Of a DNA stretch of 64,000 nucleotides, positions 27,290 through 39,531 are shown piece by piece (position 1 is the stretch's first letter; every line of letters begins with the position of its first letter). Source of the DNA: Octopus vulgaris (lineage: Eukaryota); the NCBI GenBank assembly GCA_951406725.2, contig OX597826.1, forward strand, positions 67,580,001 through 67,644,000, in the 5' to 3' direction. A model generated the notes under the pieces. That model made no database searches, was not told the origin of the DNA, and saw only the letters and a list, made by a program, of their open reading frames with translations. The translations under genes were made by a program, and so were the position numbers.

Positions 27290-27636
27290 ATCGTGAACGT
27301 CATCGACGTCGTCATTATAAACACCATCATCACAATCACCATCGCCGCTACCACCCCAATCTTCATCATCATCACTATCATCATTGTCATCATCATAATC
27401 ATAATCATCATCATCGTCGTCGTCATGATAATCATCATCTGCAGCATCAGCATCGTCATCATTGTCATGATGAGCGTCGTCATCGACACCACCATCACCA
27501 ACAACAACAATAACAACAGCAACGTCATCATTATCATCATCCTTCATCATCATCATCGTGATCATCATCATCATCATCATCATCATCACCAACAACATCA
27601 TCATCATCATAATCATTATCACCATCATCATCACCG

Positions 27637-27669
<33 letters not shown>

Positions 27670-27910
27670 CCATTATCACCGTCATCATCATCATCATCAT
27701 CATCATCATCACCATTATCACCATCACCATCTCCATCATCATCATTATCATCATCATCATTATCATCACCATCATCACCATCACCATCTCCATCATCATC
27801 ACCGCCATCATCATCATCACCATCTTCATTATCATCATCATCATCATCATCATCATCATCGCCATCATCGTCACCGTCACCATCGTCATCATCATCTTCG
27901 TCATCGTCGC
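27290..27910. repeat. Degenerate (CAT)n microsatellite, about 620 bp
   Basis: Read directly; source of the poly-H/I/M/D pseudo-ORFs. Confidence 0.97.
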
Positions 27911-28412
27911 TATGGCTTATGTTACACCAAATGCTGCTGTTGCTAGTGTTGTTGTTGTTGTTGTTGTTGTTGCTGTTCTTGTCATATATGGAGAGATTAC
28001 GAAAAACTCAATGCCTAATTCCCAATAAACTGTCAGGAAATTTAAGCTGGCAGCGAATATGGTTTTACAATATTGACGTCATTTAGCGTGCGTCTGTTCT
28101 GCACTTAGATCTTATGCTCTTATCATGATGCAATAACTACGATAACTGCAGCAGCAGAAGAAGCAGCAGCGGCAGCAACGGTGGCAGCACTTACACCACC
28201 ACTAAAACAATATCACCACTATCATCTACGCAACCACAACAGCATCATCAACGAAAACCACAGCAATAATAATAATAATGATAATAATAATAACAACAAC
28301 AATAATAACAAGCAAGATTATATGAGTATCAACAGTTAAGGCTCTGAAAAAAAAATAACGATAATTTATAATAACGTAAGTTCCGATGATAAAAACAACA
28401 AGCAACAACAGT

Positions 28413-28422
28413 ATTGACGATA

Positions 28423-28456
<34 letters not shown>

Positions 28457-28783
28457 CCAAGTAAATGTTAGTGATTGGTGATTATGATGTAGATGATGAC
28501 GATGACGACGGTGGCGGTGGTGATGATGATGATGATGATGATGATTATGATGATGGTCATGATGATGAGAATGGTGGTAGAGATGATTGTGAAGATGTTG
28601 ATGATGATGATGAGGATGATGATGATAATGATGATGAGGATGATGATGATTATTATGATGATGATGATGATGATAACAATAGCCCTTTCTTGTGCACAAG
28701 GCCTGAAATTTTCGGAGAGGGCACTAGTCGATTACATCAACCCTAATACTGTCCTGAACAGTATTGACGATGATGATGATGGC

Positions 28784-28824
<41 letters not shown>

Positions 28825-28850
28825 GGATGATGATGACGATGATGATGATC
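28413..28850. repeat. (GAT)n microsatellites interrupted by a duplicated SINE-B tail fragment
   Basis: 'tgcacaaggcctgaaattttcgg.gaggg..ctagtcgattacatc' at about 28693 repeats the sequence at about 28863. Confidence 0.9.
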
Positions 28851-28859
28851 ATTTCTTAT

Positions 28860-29050
28860 AAATGCACAAGGCCTGAAATTTTCGGGGAGGGGATTAGTCG
28901 ATTACATCGACCCGAATACTCAACTGGTATTTAATTTATCGAGCCCAAAAAGATGAATAGCAATGTTGACTACGGCGGAATTTGAACACAGAACGTAAAA
29001 AACGGGTGAAATGCCACTAAGCATTTTGCTCGATGTACTGATGATTCAGC
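28860..29050 (-). mobile_element. SINE family B, tail type 1
   Basis: Reverse complement of the B body and tail 1. Confidence 0.8.
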
Positions 29051-29439
29051 TAGATGAAATATCAGGCAGTAACCTCCATGCTCCCTGATCTTAACTGATT
29101 TGAGATGTTAACGTACATTTTTCGTCTTGATGTAAAAGATGTACTACAGCAAAAAATTTACTCAATTCTATATATTTCCTTGTCAGTTGTTTGATCTGAA
29201 CCAATCGAGTGCCTCCCTTGGAGAATAATGATAACTGCATATCTGATCGCGAGCAGTAGTTGGAAAGCATCATAGCCATGAACTATGAGGCAATTTTTTG
29301 TGAGTTTGAATAACTGACTCTTGAAACTGGGTATTTCAATCATCATCCTTAAATTACTGTTATTGAGGGTCCCGTTGAGTGGGATGAGTAACTCGACCTA
29401 ATTATAACGAGAATACTAATAATGAACCCAACCGCTCTC

Positions 29440-29656
29440 AAAAATTAAATAAAACAACGGGAAAATAATCCAGAATCCTTGTCCAGCACCGGATCTGTCG
29501 CAAAATCTTATCAGTTCGTGCCAGTCACGAGACCAAACATCCCTGAAGGTTTCCTCCGAATCCATGAAGCGGTTCTCGAGATATCATGTCCACGAGCAAA
29601 CAAACAAACATGACTGAAAACAATACCTCCGCCTTCGCTAAGGCGGAGGTAATAAT
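29440..29656 (-). mobile_element. Helentron-associated / DINE-1-like non-autonomous element end
   Basis: Terminal palindrome 'tacctccgcctt-cgct-aaggcggaggta' beside a (CAAA)n tract, the layout typical of this class. Confidence 0.6.
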
Positions 29657-29664
29657 AAAAACTG

Positions 29665-29960
29665 ATAATGGAAATCAAGATTACAGATGTTGTCGTACCT
29701 GTGGATGTACGACTTGGTGACATAAAACTGGAAACCTTTGAGAAATAAGCGTGAAAAATGAGATTAAACGAATGTTGGAGAAGAAAGAAGCAACTGTCAT
29801 CACGTTTTGTGTAGTGACACTGGGAACATTGATAACCAGGTTTGAGAAATTTGCTGGAGAAACAAGGAGCGACTTGTGGTTGGAATATAATCAGAAGAAT
29901 ACTGATTGATGATAGTAAGGAGTTTGAGATTCGTGCTTGCGTGCTAAGTACCATGGAGGA
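29665..29960 (+). mobile_element. R4/Dong-clade endonuclease remnant, decayed
   Basis: ITDVVVPVDVRLGDIKLETFEK*, then KNEIKRMLEKKEATVITFCVVTLGTLITRFEKF...EYNQK. Confidence 0.65.
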
Positions 29961-30777
29961 AGCCTCTGCAAGATACTTGACAACAAGATGTTGTCTGCTC
30001 TTACAGAATTACCCGGGGAATGTGATGTCACGAGATCTGAGAACAGAAAGGACAATAATAATCCCTTCTACTGTAAACGAGGGGCCTGAAATTTTAGGAG
30101 ACGGTGAAAATAGACTTCCATTTCTTCGTGAGAGACTCTAAATAATGTTAAAGCGGTTTTGCTTTGTGTTTGAAGCTCCGATTAATATATCAACAAAATA
30201 AATATTTATTGTGTACGGAAATAGAGCAGATTTTATTAAACGTATCCAAAACCACCCCATTGCTACCCTGCCTTTGATATATTTCCCGTACTACTCATTC
30301 TAATCATGAATCCATTTCGATATCAAAGAAACATTGCTAAAGGGTTGAGCATTTGGATCGGAAATTGTTTTGGCTGTAGTGATAATCAAAAGAGATGTAT
30401 TTGATCTAGGGAGGATAGTACAATAGATTCCTTGATGATCTGTTGTTGATCATCATCCAATTCCACAGGGAAAGTCCAATGAAGAGATAGCAAAGAAAAA
30501 CAACGGTGAAAGGCACATAGGGAGCCAGAGATATAAAATTATTATCATAATTTCTCCTTTATTTGATAGAGATATCGTAACGAATATTATTACCAAGCTC
30601 ACTAGAAAGTACACTAGAGTACAGGAAGTAGACTGGCTGATGGTATCTGCCATGGAGTTATGTATGTATGTATGTATGTATGTATGTATGTATGTATGTA
30701 TGTATGTATGTATGTATGTATGTATGTATGTATTATTGTACTACGTACCTGTGTATGTACGTACGTATGTATCCGAA

Positions 30778-30849
<72 letters not shown>

Positions 30850-30868
30850 AATGTATCTATTTATTTCT

Positions 30869-30909
<41 letters not shown>

Positions 30910-31101
30910 CATATATATAGATATACATAATGGGATTCTGAATAGATGTAGTAAGTATCATATCTAATATTTGATGGCTCGGTCGGGTATAAAATCTTTT
31001 AATGTTGATCGAGTTGAGGGTTGTTCTGTCTCTAAAACTACTTTTATATATATGAATAAAATAATGAGAGAAGTTTACTTTAGTACCTTTAATCTGAACG
31101 T

Positions 31102-31199
31102 GGGTAGATATAGAGACAGAGATGTTGATTCGATTCTTAAATTTTAATACTATCATGTTCTTAAGAATCGAATCAACCTCTCTGTCTGTATATCTACCC
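31102..31199. repeat. Inverted repeat, about 39-bp arms and 20-nt spacer
   Basis: gggtagatatagagacagagatgttgattcgattcttaa / ttaagaatcgaatcaacctctctgtctgtatatctaccc. Confidence 0.9.
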
Positions 31200-31442
31200 T
31201 CTTTATAATGTTGGCAAACGGAATGGAAATAAGAATATGTATTGTCCGTTTGATGCTCAACATTTTAAAACTGATGTAATACTTACAATGTTTAATAAAA
31301 TGAAGTAGTATGAAACGATTGTACCAAATTACCTAAGATATACTTGTTGCTTATTTTGATTATAATCACCCCATGGATTTATATGGATAATACCATACAA
31401 AATTCTGGTGCCTCTGACTTAAGTACCATATTCATCTGAATC

Positions 31443-31515
<73 letters not shown>

Positions 31516-31732
31516 TAATGTAGGATAAAAGCTTTTTCGGGAAAAATTTTTTATCAATGGCCAGCATATCAAAAAATACCTTTAAAGGTTAAATTTATAA
31601 ATAATTTACAAAATAAGGGCAAAAGAAAAATTCTAATGCCAAATATGCCGAAAAAAAGACAAAACTTTTCAATAACCATTATAATTTATGCGTCTCGAAA
31701 ACAAACCGATAGAAATTTCTAAAAATTCATTA

Positions 31733-31790
31733 TTACCGTATTGGTCCAATTTCGGGGTTAATTAATAAATTTTCCCCTCTTCAACGGCAA
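31733..31790 (-). ncRNA. Type I hammerhead motif, core C3U variant
   Basis: ttgccg-TTGAAGA-gggg..cccc-GAAA-ttgg-a-ccaa-TA-cggtaa. Confidence 0.65.
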
Positions 31791-31921
31791 ATACGCGAGA
31801 TATAAGTGAAATACTTACTCATACCCATGGAAAAAGCAAGCACCAAGTCCAGAGCAGACCTAAGTACCCCAAATATATCCAAAATAGAAAAATCTTCAGC
31901 ACATCTCGAGATACGTGTAAT

Positions 31922-31979
31922 TTGCCGCTGAAGGGGGGAAAATTTAGTAATTAACCCCGAAATTGAACCAATATGGTAA
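31922..31979 (+). ncRNA. Type I hammerhead motif, core A9G variant
   Basis: ttgccg-CTGAAGG-gggg..cccc-GAAA-ttga-a-ccaa-TA-tggtaa. Confidence 0.6.
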
Positions 31980-32685
31980 TAACGAATTTTTATAGATTTC
32001 TATCGGTTTGTTTCGAGATGTATATATATATATATATATATATATTCGGATATCATACCTACGCATAGAGACATATGTATCCACCCATTTTGCATATACT
32101 TATATATAGTTATAAATGATACTTTATGTACTATCTAAGCACGACAAAAATGCAGATACAACAGTAGGCAATATATCACATGGTATCGAATGGCGTATAG
32201 TAATTTCATCAAAACGTCATTTTACGTAAACAAGAAGTACTTGAAAATTTCAGTGCAAGTCGAAATCATTTAAAAACAAAAACAAACACAAAAATATTTG
32301 GGTTCTAATCATAAAGCATTGCGAATTTATTGTGCTTATAATTATTTTTACAATTGTAAATGATATCGTCTCTATATAATATCCTGTCTCTATAGTATCT
32401 TACATTACAATTACGGGCATATAAACAGATAAATATACATAAGCAAATGATTGTCTCTAAAGCTGCTTATATATGTTAATAACATTAATAATATATTTAT
32501 TTTGTTATAAATTGAAAATATATTGAATATATTCAGTAGATTATTTCTTGCTTGGTTATTTTTATTAATCTTTCTCATTTATTTTGGTTTCTACTAAGTA
32601 TTCTTGGATATCATTAGCAGCCAGTTACATGCATATACATTTGTGTATATCAAACTGTGTAATATCAATTTAGAAAAAGTAAGTT

Positions 32686-33795
32686 GGGCGAAGCTGGCAG
32701 AATCGTTTGTATGTCGGTCAAAGTGCTCAACGGCACTTCGTCCGTGGTCGACTTTGCGTTCCATCTCTTCGGGGTCAATGAAATAACTACCAGTTTATCA
32801 CTGGGATCGATGTGCTAAAATATGAAGCTAATATCGAATTACGCATTTAGGCGGCGAATCTGGCAGAATCGTTTGTATGCCGGTCAAAGTGCTCAACGGC
32901 ACTTCGTCCGTGGTTGACTTTGCGTTCCATCTCTTCCGGGTCAATGAAATAAGTACCAGTTTATCACTGGGATCGATGTGCTAAAATATGAAGCTAATAT
33001 CGATTTACGCATTTAGGCGGCGAGTTGGCAGAAACGTTAGCACGCTGGGCGAAATGCTTAGCAGTATTTCGTCTGCCGTTATGTTCTGAGTTCAAATTCG
33101 GCTGAGGTCGACTTTGCTTTTTATCCCTTCGGGGTCGATAAATTAAGTACCAGTTACGCACTGGGGTCGATATAATCGACTTAATCCCTTTGTCTGTCCT
33201 TGTTTGTCCTCTCTGTGTTTAGCCCCTTGTGGGTAGTAAAGAAAGAGATATTTCGTCTGCCGTTCATCCTTTCGGGGTCGATAAATTAAGTACCAGTTAC
33301 GCACTGGAGTGGATGTAATCGACTTAATCCCTTTGTCTGTCCTTGTTTGTTCCCTCTATGTTTAGCCCCTTGTGGGCAATAAAGAAATAAGAATCGTTTA
33401 TATGTCGGTCAAAGTGTTCACGGCACTTCGTCCGTGGTCGACATTGTGTTTCATCTCTTCGGAGTCAATAAAACAATTACCAGTTTATCACTGGGGTCGA
33501 TGTAATCGATTTATCCTCCCTACCTAAATTGCTGCCATTGTGCTAAAATATGAAGCCGATATTGATTCACGCATTTGGTCGGCGAAGCTGGCAGAATCGA
33601 TAGCAAGCCGGGCAAAATGCTGGACGGCATTACGTCAGCCTTTATGTTCTGAGTTCGAATTCCGCCGAGGTCGACATTGCGTTTCATCCTTCCTGGGGTC
33701 GATGAAATAAGTACCAGTTAGGAAATTGGGTCCATGTAACTGACTAACCTCCCCTCCCCCACAATCTCAGGCCTGGTGTCTATGATAGAAAAGAT
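32686..33795 (+). mobile_element. Head-to-tail cluster of six SINE-B units, including a recent 166-bp tandem duplication
   Basis: 'ctggcagaatcgtttgtatg' at 32694 and 32860; dimer at 33016-33390; further units to 33795. Confidence 0.88.
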
Positions 33796-34363
33796 TAGCA
33801 TTATATATTGCTTCCCTGGCAAAACTTGAAAACAAAAGTAACAATACTACTACTACTACTACAAGTTCTACCATCACCACCACCACCATCGCTACTAGTA
33901 CTATCACCACTGCTACTAGTACAACTATTACTATAACAGTCATCTGAAATTTGATGTGACTGCTACATTGAATTATATTGCGTTGTTATGTATCAATATT
34001 GCATCAAGTCTATATTATCATTGACAGTGTGAGGGTCACAACTTATTTGTTATCAACTATTTCCTTGCTAAATATATCACTATACATACACATATACATA
34101 CATACGCAAGTACCCTCACACACACATCAACACAAACACATGTATATATACACATACATAGAGATCCATAAAAGATCAGCAGATTGTATGCACAATCGAT
34201 GAGTGGTTATGCATGCCCATACATATATGTTTGATGGTTTCGCACGTATGACTCTATTGATGGCTACAAAACAATACATTTAGCTGCGTGTATACATCCA
34301 TAAATGAATATATCTATCTATCTATCTATCTATCCATGTATGTCTCAATCTATCTATCTATCC

Positions 34364-34397
<34 letters not shown>

Positions 34398-35048
34398 ATA
34401 TCTATATATATATATATATATATACGTATGTATGTATGTGTATATATATGTTTGTGTATATATATGTTTGTGTATATATATATATATAATAACATACATA
34501 TATGTGTGTATAAAATGTAGTGATGATAGGTGTGCGCCTGTATATACATGTGTGTGTGTGAAAATATGTATTTGCAAAGACTTCCATAAATCTTTTTATA
34601 TTGTAGATATTTGATGTCTCATAATTTCGTGTGAGTAGGAGACTGAGATGTTATCTGGACAGTTTGCTATGATTTATAATGCTGAATCTTCCAACGGTTG
34701 ATTTCGAAACCTATAATTCTTACCCGTTATTGTTTTATTTTTGTATTATTTTTTCTTATTTGCTTCTTTCTTTTTCCCTTTCCCCACCACCTTCGTTTTA
34801 CATCCTACATTAAGATCGAATTTTGAATTTTGCAATACATATTTCAAAATATCTTTGACAATAAGATTCACAGATACTGCACAATTGCAACAATGCAGTT
34901 CTAAGAATTACACATGTTACGCGGCTTCGTGAAACAGCTGTTAGATAAGACTTTGAAATACAGTTCTATATCTAAGAGATGAGGAATTATTTACATTATT
35001 TACATTATTTACATTTGACGTATATTTGTTCTCATCTTGTTTGTTGTT

Positions 35049-35094
35049 AACACAATTTTTCGCTTGATATACCCTCCACCCTTCATCAGGTGTC
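35049..35094 (-). ncRNA. Minimal type I hammerhead motif, decayed copy
   Basis: gacac-CTGATGA-agggtggagggtatatcaagc-GAAA-aa-TT-gtgtt. Confidence 0.55.
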
Positions 35095-35174
35095 TTGGGG
35101 GAATTTCGAACCTGGGTTCTCATTCCTAAAGTATTTTTCGATGTTGTTGTTGTAGTTGTTGTTGTTGTTGTTGA

Positions 35175-35252
<78 letters not shown>

Positions 35253-35399
35253 CATTATTATTATTATTATTATTATTCTGTTCACTGGCACATGGCATAA
35301 AGGTTAAAAACGCGGACTACTAACCGCAAGATTCCGAGTTCGATTTCAGGCAGTGACCTGAATAATAACAACAGCAACAACAATAACAATAATAATAAC

Positions 35400-35453
<54 letters not shown>

Positions 35454-35523
35454 TAATAATGATAAGAACAACAACATCAAAAAATACCTAAGGAATGAGA
35501 AACCAGGTTCGACATTTTCCCAA

Positions 35524-35569
35524 GACACCTGATGAAGGCTGGAAGGTATATCAAGCGAAACGTTGTGTT
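35524..35569 (+). ncRNA. Minimal type I hammerhead motif
   Basis: Stem I gacac/gtgtt; CTGATGA 35529-35535; stem II gct..agc; GAAA 35557-35560; palindromic stem III ACGT; predicted cleavage after GUU (35564). Confidence 0.7.
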
Positions 35570-36035
35570 ATCAACAAACAAGATGAGAACAACTATCCGT
35601 CAAATGTAAATATTGTACAAAACTTTGCAATATCATTAATGTTGTATTTCTGCCTCTCTGCTGTGATGCAAATGTGCATACACACGTACATACATCTATA
35701 CATACTTGCAGACATACATACAAATACATGTGTGATTGTGTGTGTGTGTATGTGTGTGTGAGTATACGTGTGAGCGTATGTGTCTGTCTGATTATGTAGA
35801 CTTCGATGCGCGATTAGTACTGCATAACCCAGAACTCCATGCAAATTATCATTAACCAGTGACTTCCCAGTGTATTGGTGTATCTATCGCTGTATATGGT
35901 AGTGTTACCACTTATGATATACAGACCATATATATATATATATATATATATGTATATCTATCTACCTATCTATATATCTACCTATCTATCTATCTACCTA
36001 TCTATCTATCTATCCATCTATCTATCTATCAATCA

Positions 36036-36147
<112 letters not shown>

Positions 36148-36470
36148 TTATATAGGGACATAATTAAGACAAACAGAAGTATGGAGTATCAGGCCGTACG
36201 TATGTATTTCACTATTCCAGTCGGCTCTAACTTAATATTGGATGCTTCAATGCACTTGAAAGCACCAATGATGTGTTCCAAATAACTGCAATGGTGAAGC
36301 GCATAAGAATACAACCAAAGTATTCTTGCGTTTCTCTCAGTTTCCCTATGTATGTGGTGTGTGTGAGTGCGTCCGTGTGTAATTATAAACCTATCTATGC
36401 GTCCGTGTTTATATGTGAATATATATATATATATATACATATACATAGACGACGTATATATGTATAATAG

Positions 36471-36520
<50 letters not shown>

Positions 36521-36799
36521 TTACTGTATAAATACTTACTGTATGCGGATCAAAATTACTCTGGGCGGAAAAATAGCATCAATGTGACTACGGGTCAATA
36601 TTCTGGTTCAGTGCAAGAAGACATTCTCCTTTTTTTTTTTTAGGCTTTTAATATTTTACTCAGAGCATGATAAATGCATCTTTACATCTAAGAATAATCT
36701 TACCATTATGTAGACTTAAAGAATAATTCACGGAAGCATAATTACATGACGCACTATGTAGCATAGGAAATTATACATACATGTTTAAAAATAATCACG

Positions 36800-36802
36800 C
36801 AA

Positions 36803-36836
<34 letters not shown>

Positions 36837-36865
36837 GTATATGCATATATATATATATATATATG

Positions 36866-36958
<93 letters not shown>

Positions 36959-37251
36959 ATATATATATATGCATATATATATATATATGTATGTATGTAT
37001 ATATATATATATATGTATATATCTATATATATATCTATATATATATGTAAATATATATATCTATATGTATATATATTTGTAAATATACATATTTCTATAT
37101 GTATATATATATATGTAAATATATATATATATATATATGTATGTATATATATATATATGTAAATATATATATATATATATATGTATATATGTAAATAAAT
37201 ATATATATTTACACACACACACATATATATGTATATGTACATATATATGTA

Positions 37252-37300
<49 letters not shown>

Positions 37301-37335
37301 TTATATAAATATCTACATATATATATATATACATG
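36800..37335. repeat. Long degenerate (TA)n tract
   Basis: Read directly; source of the poly-YI ORFs. Confidence 0.97.
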
Positions 37336-37779
37336 TGTGTGTGTGAGTGTGTGTGCATGTATGTAGGTGTATGCATATGCACAATTATATGTGAACTTGT
37401 GCATGTGCGTCTGAGCGTGAAAGTTCGCTGTTTAGAGAAACTGCTCAATACATCTTTAACAGGTTTATGAAAAAAATGTTGTATATATTCTGTGATTCGT
37501 GTTTTATATATTTGAGTTGTACTCGCACATAAAAGCATAGGACGATTTGCACTCAAACATACTGTTACCCACGCACACTCAGTTACAAAACATACACGCA
37601 CTCATTCAAACACACACTCAGTCTCTCTCACACACACACTCTTGAATTTATTTGTAGTTACGTATCTATTGCTTCATTCCTATTTGCATAGGTGCGTGCA
37701 GACAACGAACTAGATATTTATATTTAGCTATATAAAGTATGTAGATATTTATCAATAACGATGTACGTAAGCATGTACG

Positions 37780-37820
<41 letters not shown>

Positions 37821-38389
37821 TTTTTTATTTTATTTTATTTTAATTTTATTTTATTTAGTTTCAGCTCACAAGCTGTGGCCATGCTGGGGCACCGCCATTT
37901 GGTGTTGCTACATGATTTCACTTCACGAGTGCTTTTTAGCAAATGCCATCTGGTGCATGAGAGAGTTCGATGCAGCTGGCCTCATCTGCACCTCCTACTG
38001 TGAAGTTGGTTCATCTGGGACACCGTATATATATATATATATATATACGACACACGCGCACTGTCACACATTCACATACACACACTCAGGTAAAAACACA
38101 CAGGTGCACGCACACACATACGCACACACATATACTGGGTTGTTACTTCTTCGGATAGAATGCATTGCATTGTTTCTTCCTTCTAGGTTGTACTCAGTAA
38201 CTTCAAATGCAAAATGATTCAAATGGACCTTCTAAAATTTTGCCTTTCCATAAATATATTACGAATGGAGTGTTAGGTTCGATTCAGAGAAATCCACTGT
38301 ATTCAAACTTAATGTGTGATGTGATTCACATATTTACGTACCTCAGGAGACGATGAGTTTCAAGACAGTTTATACGCCTCTTCATTCGC

Positions 38390-38469
<80 letters not shown>

Positions 38470-38539
38470 ATATCTATCTATCTATCTATCTATCTTTTTT
38501 TATTTTTATTTTTTATCTTATTTATTTATTTTTTTTTTT

Positions 38540-38700
38540 GTTCTTTTCTTCCCTTTTACGATCCCTCTTGATCGAAAACCTACGCCACCCTTTTTTTCTT
38601 TTGTTTCTTTTGTTTTTTGTTTTTTTCATCCCCCAAAAGAAAAGCTCTACCTTGTAACTTGTCCCATCTGTGTGCAGCCCTGTGTGGCCAATAAAGAAAC
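38540..38700 (+). mobile_element. 3' end of a non-LTR retroelement (Tx1-like?) embedded in (TATC)n
   Basis: T-rich UTR ending 'ttgtcccatctgtgtgcagccctgtgtggccAATAAAgaaa'; (TATC)n at 38390-38494 and 38702-38788. Confidence 0.55.
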
Positions 38701-38788
<88 letters not shown>

Positions 38789-39101
38789 ATATATATATGT
38801 ATAAACGTACTTGGAAATGGAGGCATGTCCTTCAATCAAATAGCATTATAAATAAAATATATAATATAATACATAATATATAATATATATTTTAATAGTA
38901 ACAAGGGAATATCAATTCCAGCGTCACAGGGATGAGATATTCAAGTTAAGAATATTAAGTTGAAATATTCTCAATAAATAAATACAAAAGTATCAAAGTA
39001 TCATTAGAGACAGAAATCCCCATAAATTCATCAAAAAAGAATATAAATTCAACCATGCCATAGAATATTAAATATAATACTTACTATTCGTGTTCAAAGT
39101 T

Positions 39102-39201
39102 GTCGACTACGCGCGTTTCATGAGGCTGCATACTATGTTCTTGAGACACCCAGTCTCTTACAGAACCTCCCGTTATATACAACCCCAATCTTCAGGTCCA
39201 C
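39102..39201 (-). ncRNA. Type I hammerhead ribozyme with long branched stem II
   Basis: gtggac-CTGAAGA-t-tggggttgtata..tatgcagcctca-t-GAAA-CGCGCG-TA-gtcgac; inner helices gttct/agaac and gagac/gtctc. Confidence 0.8.
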
Positions 39202-39279
39202 CTACCCCCCCATTTATAATTTCATCTATCATTATATATTTCAACTTACAGGTATATCAAACTATACAGATGTATAAAT

Positions 39280-39492
39280 AAATTTCTGGTATGTCAAACC
39301 ATCTAGATGTGTAAATAAATTCATTAAAACCCTGCAGGTTAAGCCATAATTAATTTAAGAATTAAATGTGAATTACGCCTAAAAAAAATTACATATTAAT
39401 GAAAAATATATACGAATGAGAAAATATACACGAATGCGGAAAAAGTATATACTATTGATAAGAAAATATAAATTATAAGAATGAAAAAATTA

Positions 39493-39531
<39 letters not shown>

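Larger units (their letters stand above)
31515..32020. mobile_element. Penelope-type pseudo-LTR fragment with inverted duplication, bounded by (TA)n
   Basis: Arms 31690-31797 and 31911-32020 are reverse complements and each contains an HHR motif. Confidence 0.65.
34960..35612. mobile_element. Palindromic tRNA-head / (AAT)n / HHR-tail element (SINE-like, Penelope-type inverted structure)
   Basis: Left arm about 34990-35290 is the reverse complement of the right arm about 35348-35612; tRNA-like head 35287-35360 lies at the axis. Confidence 0.75.
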
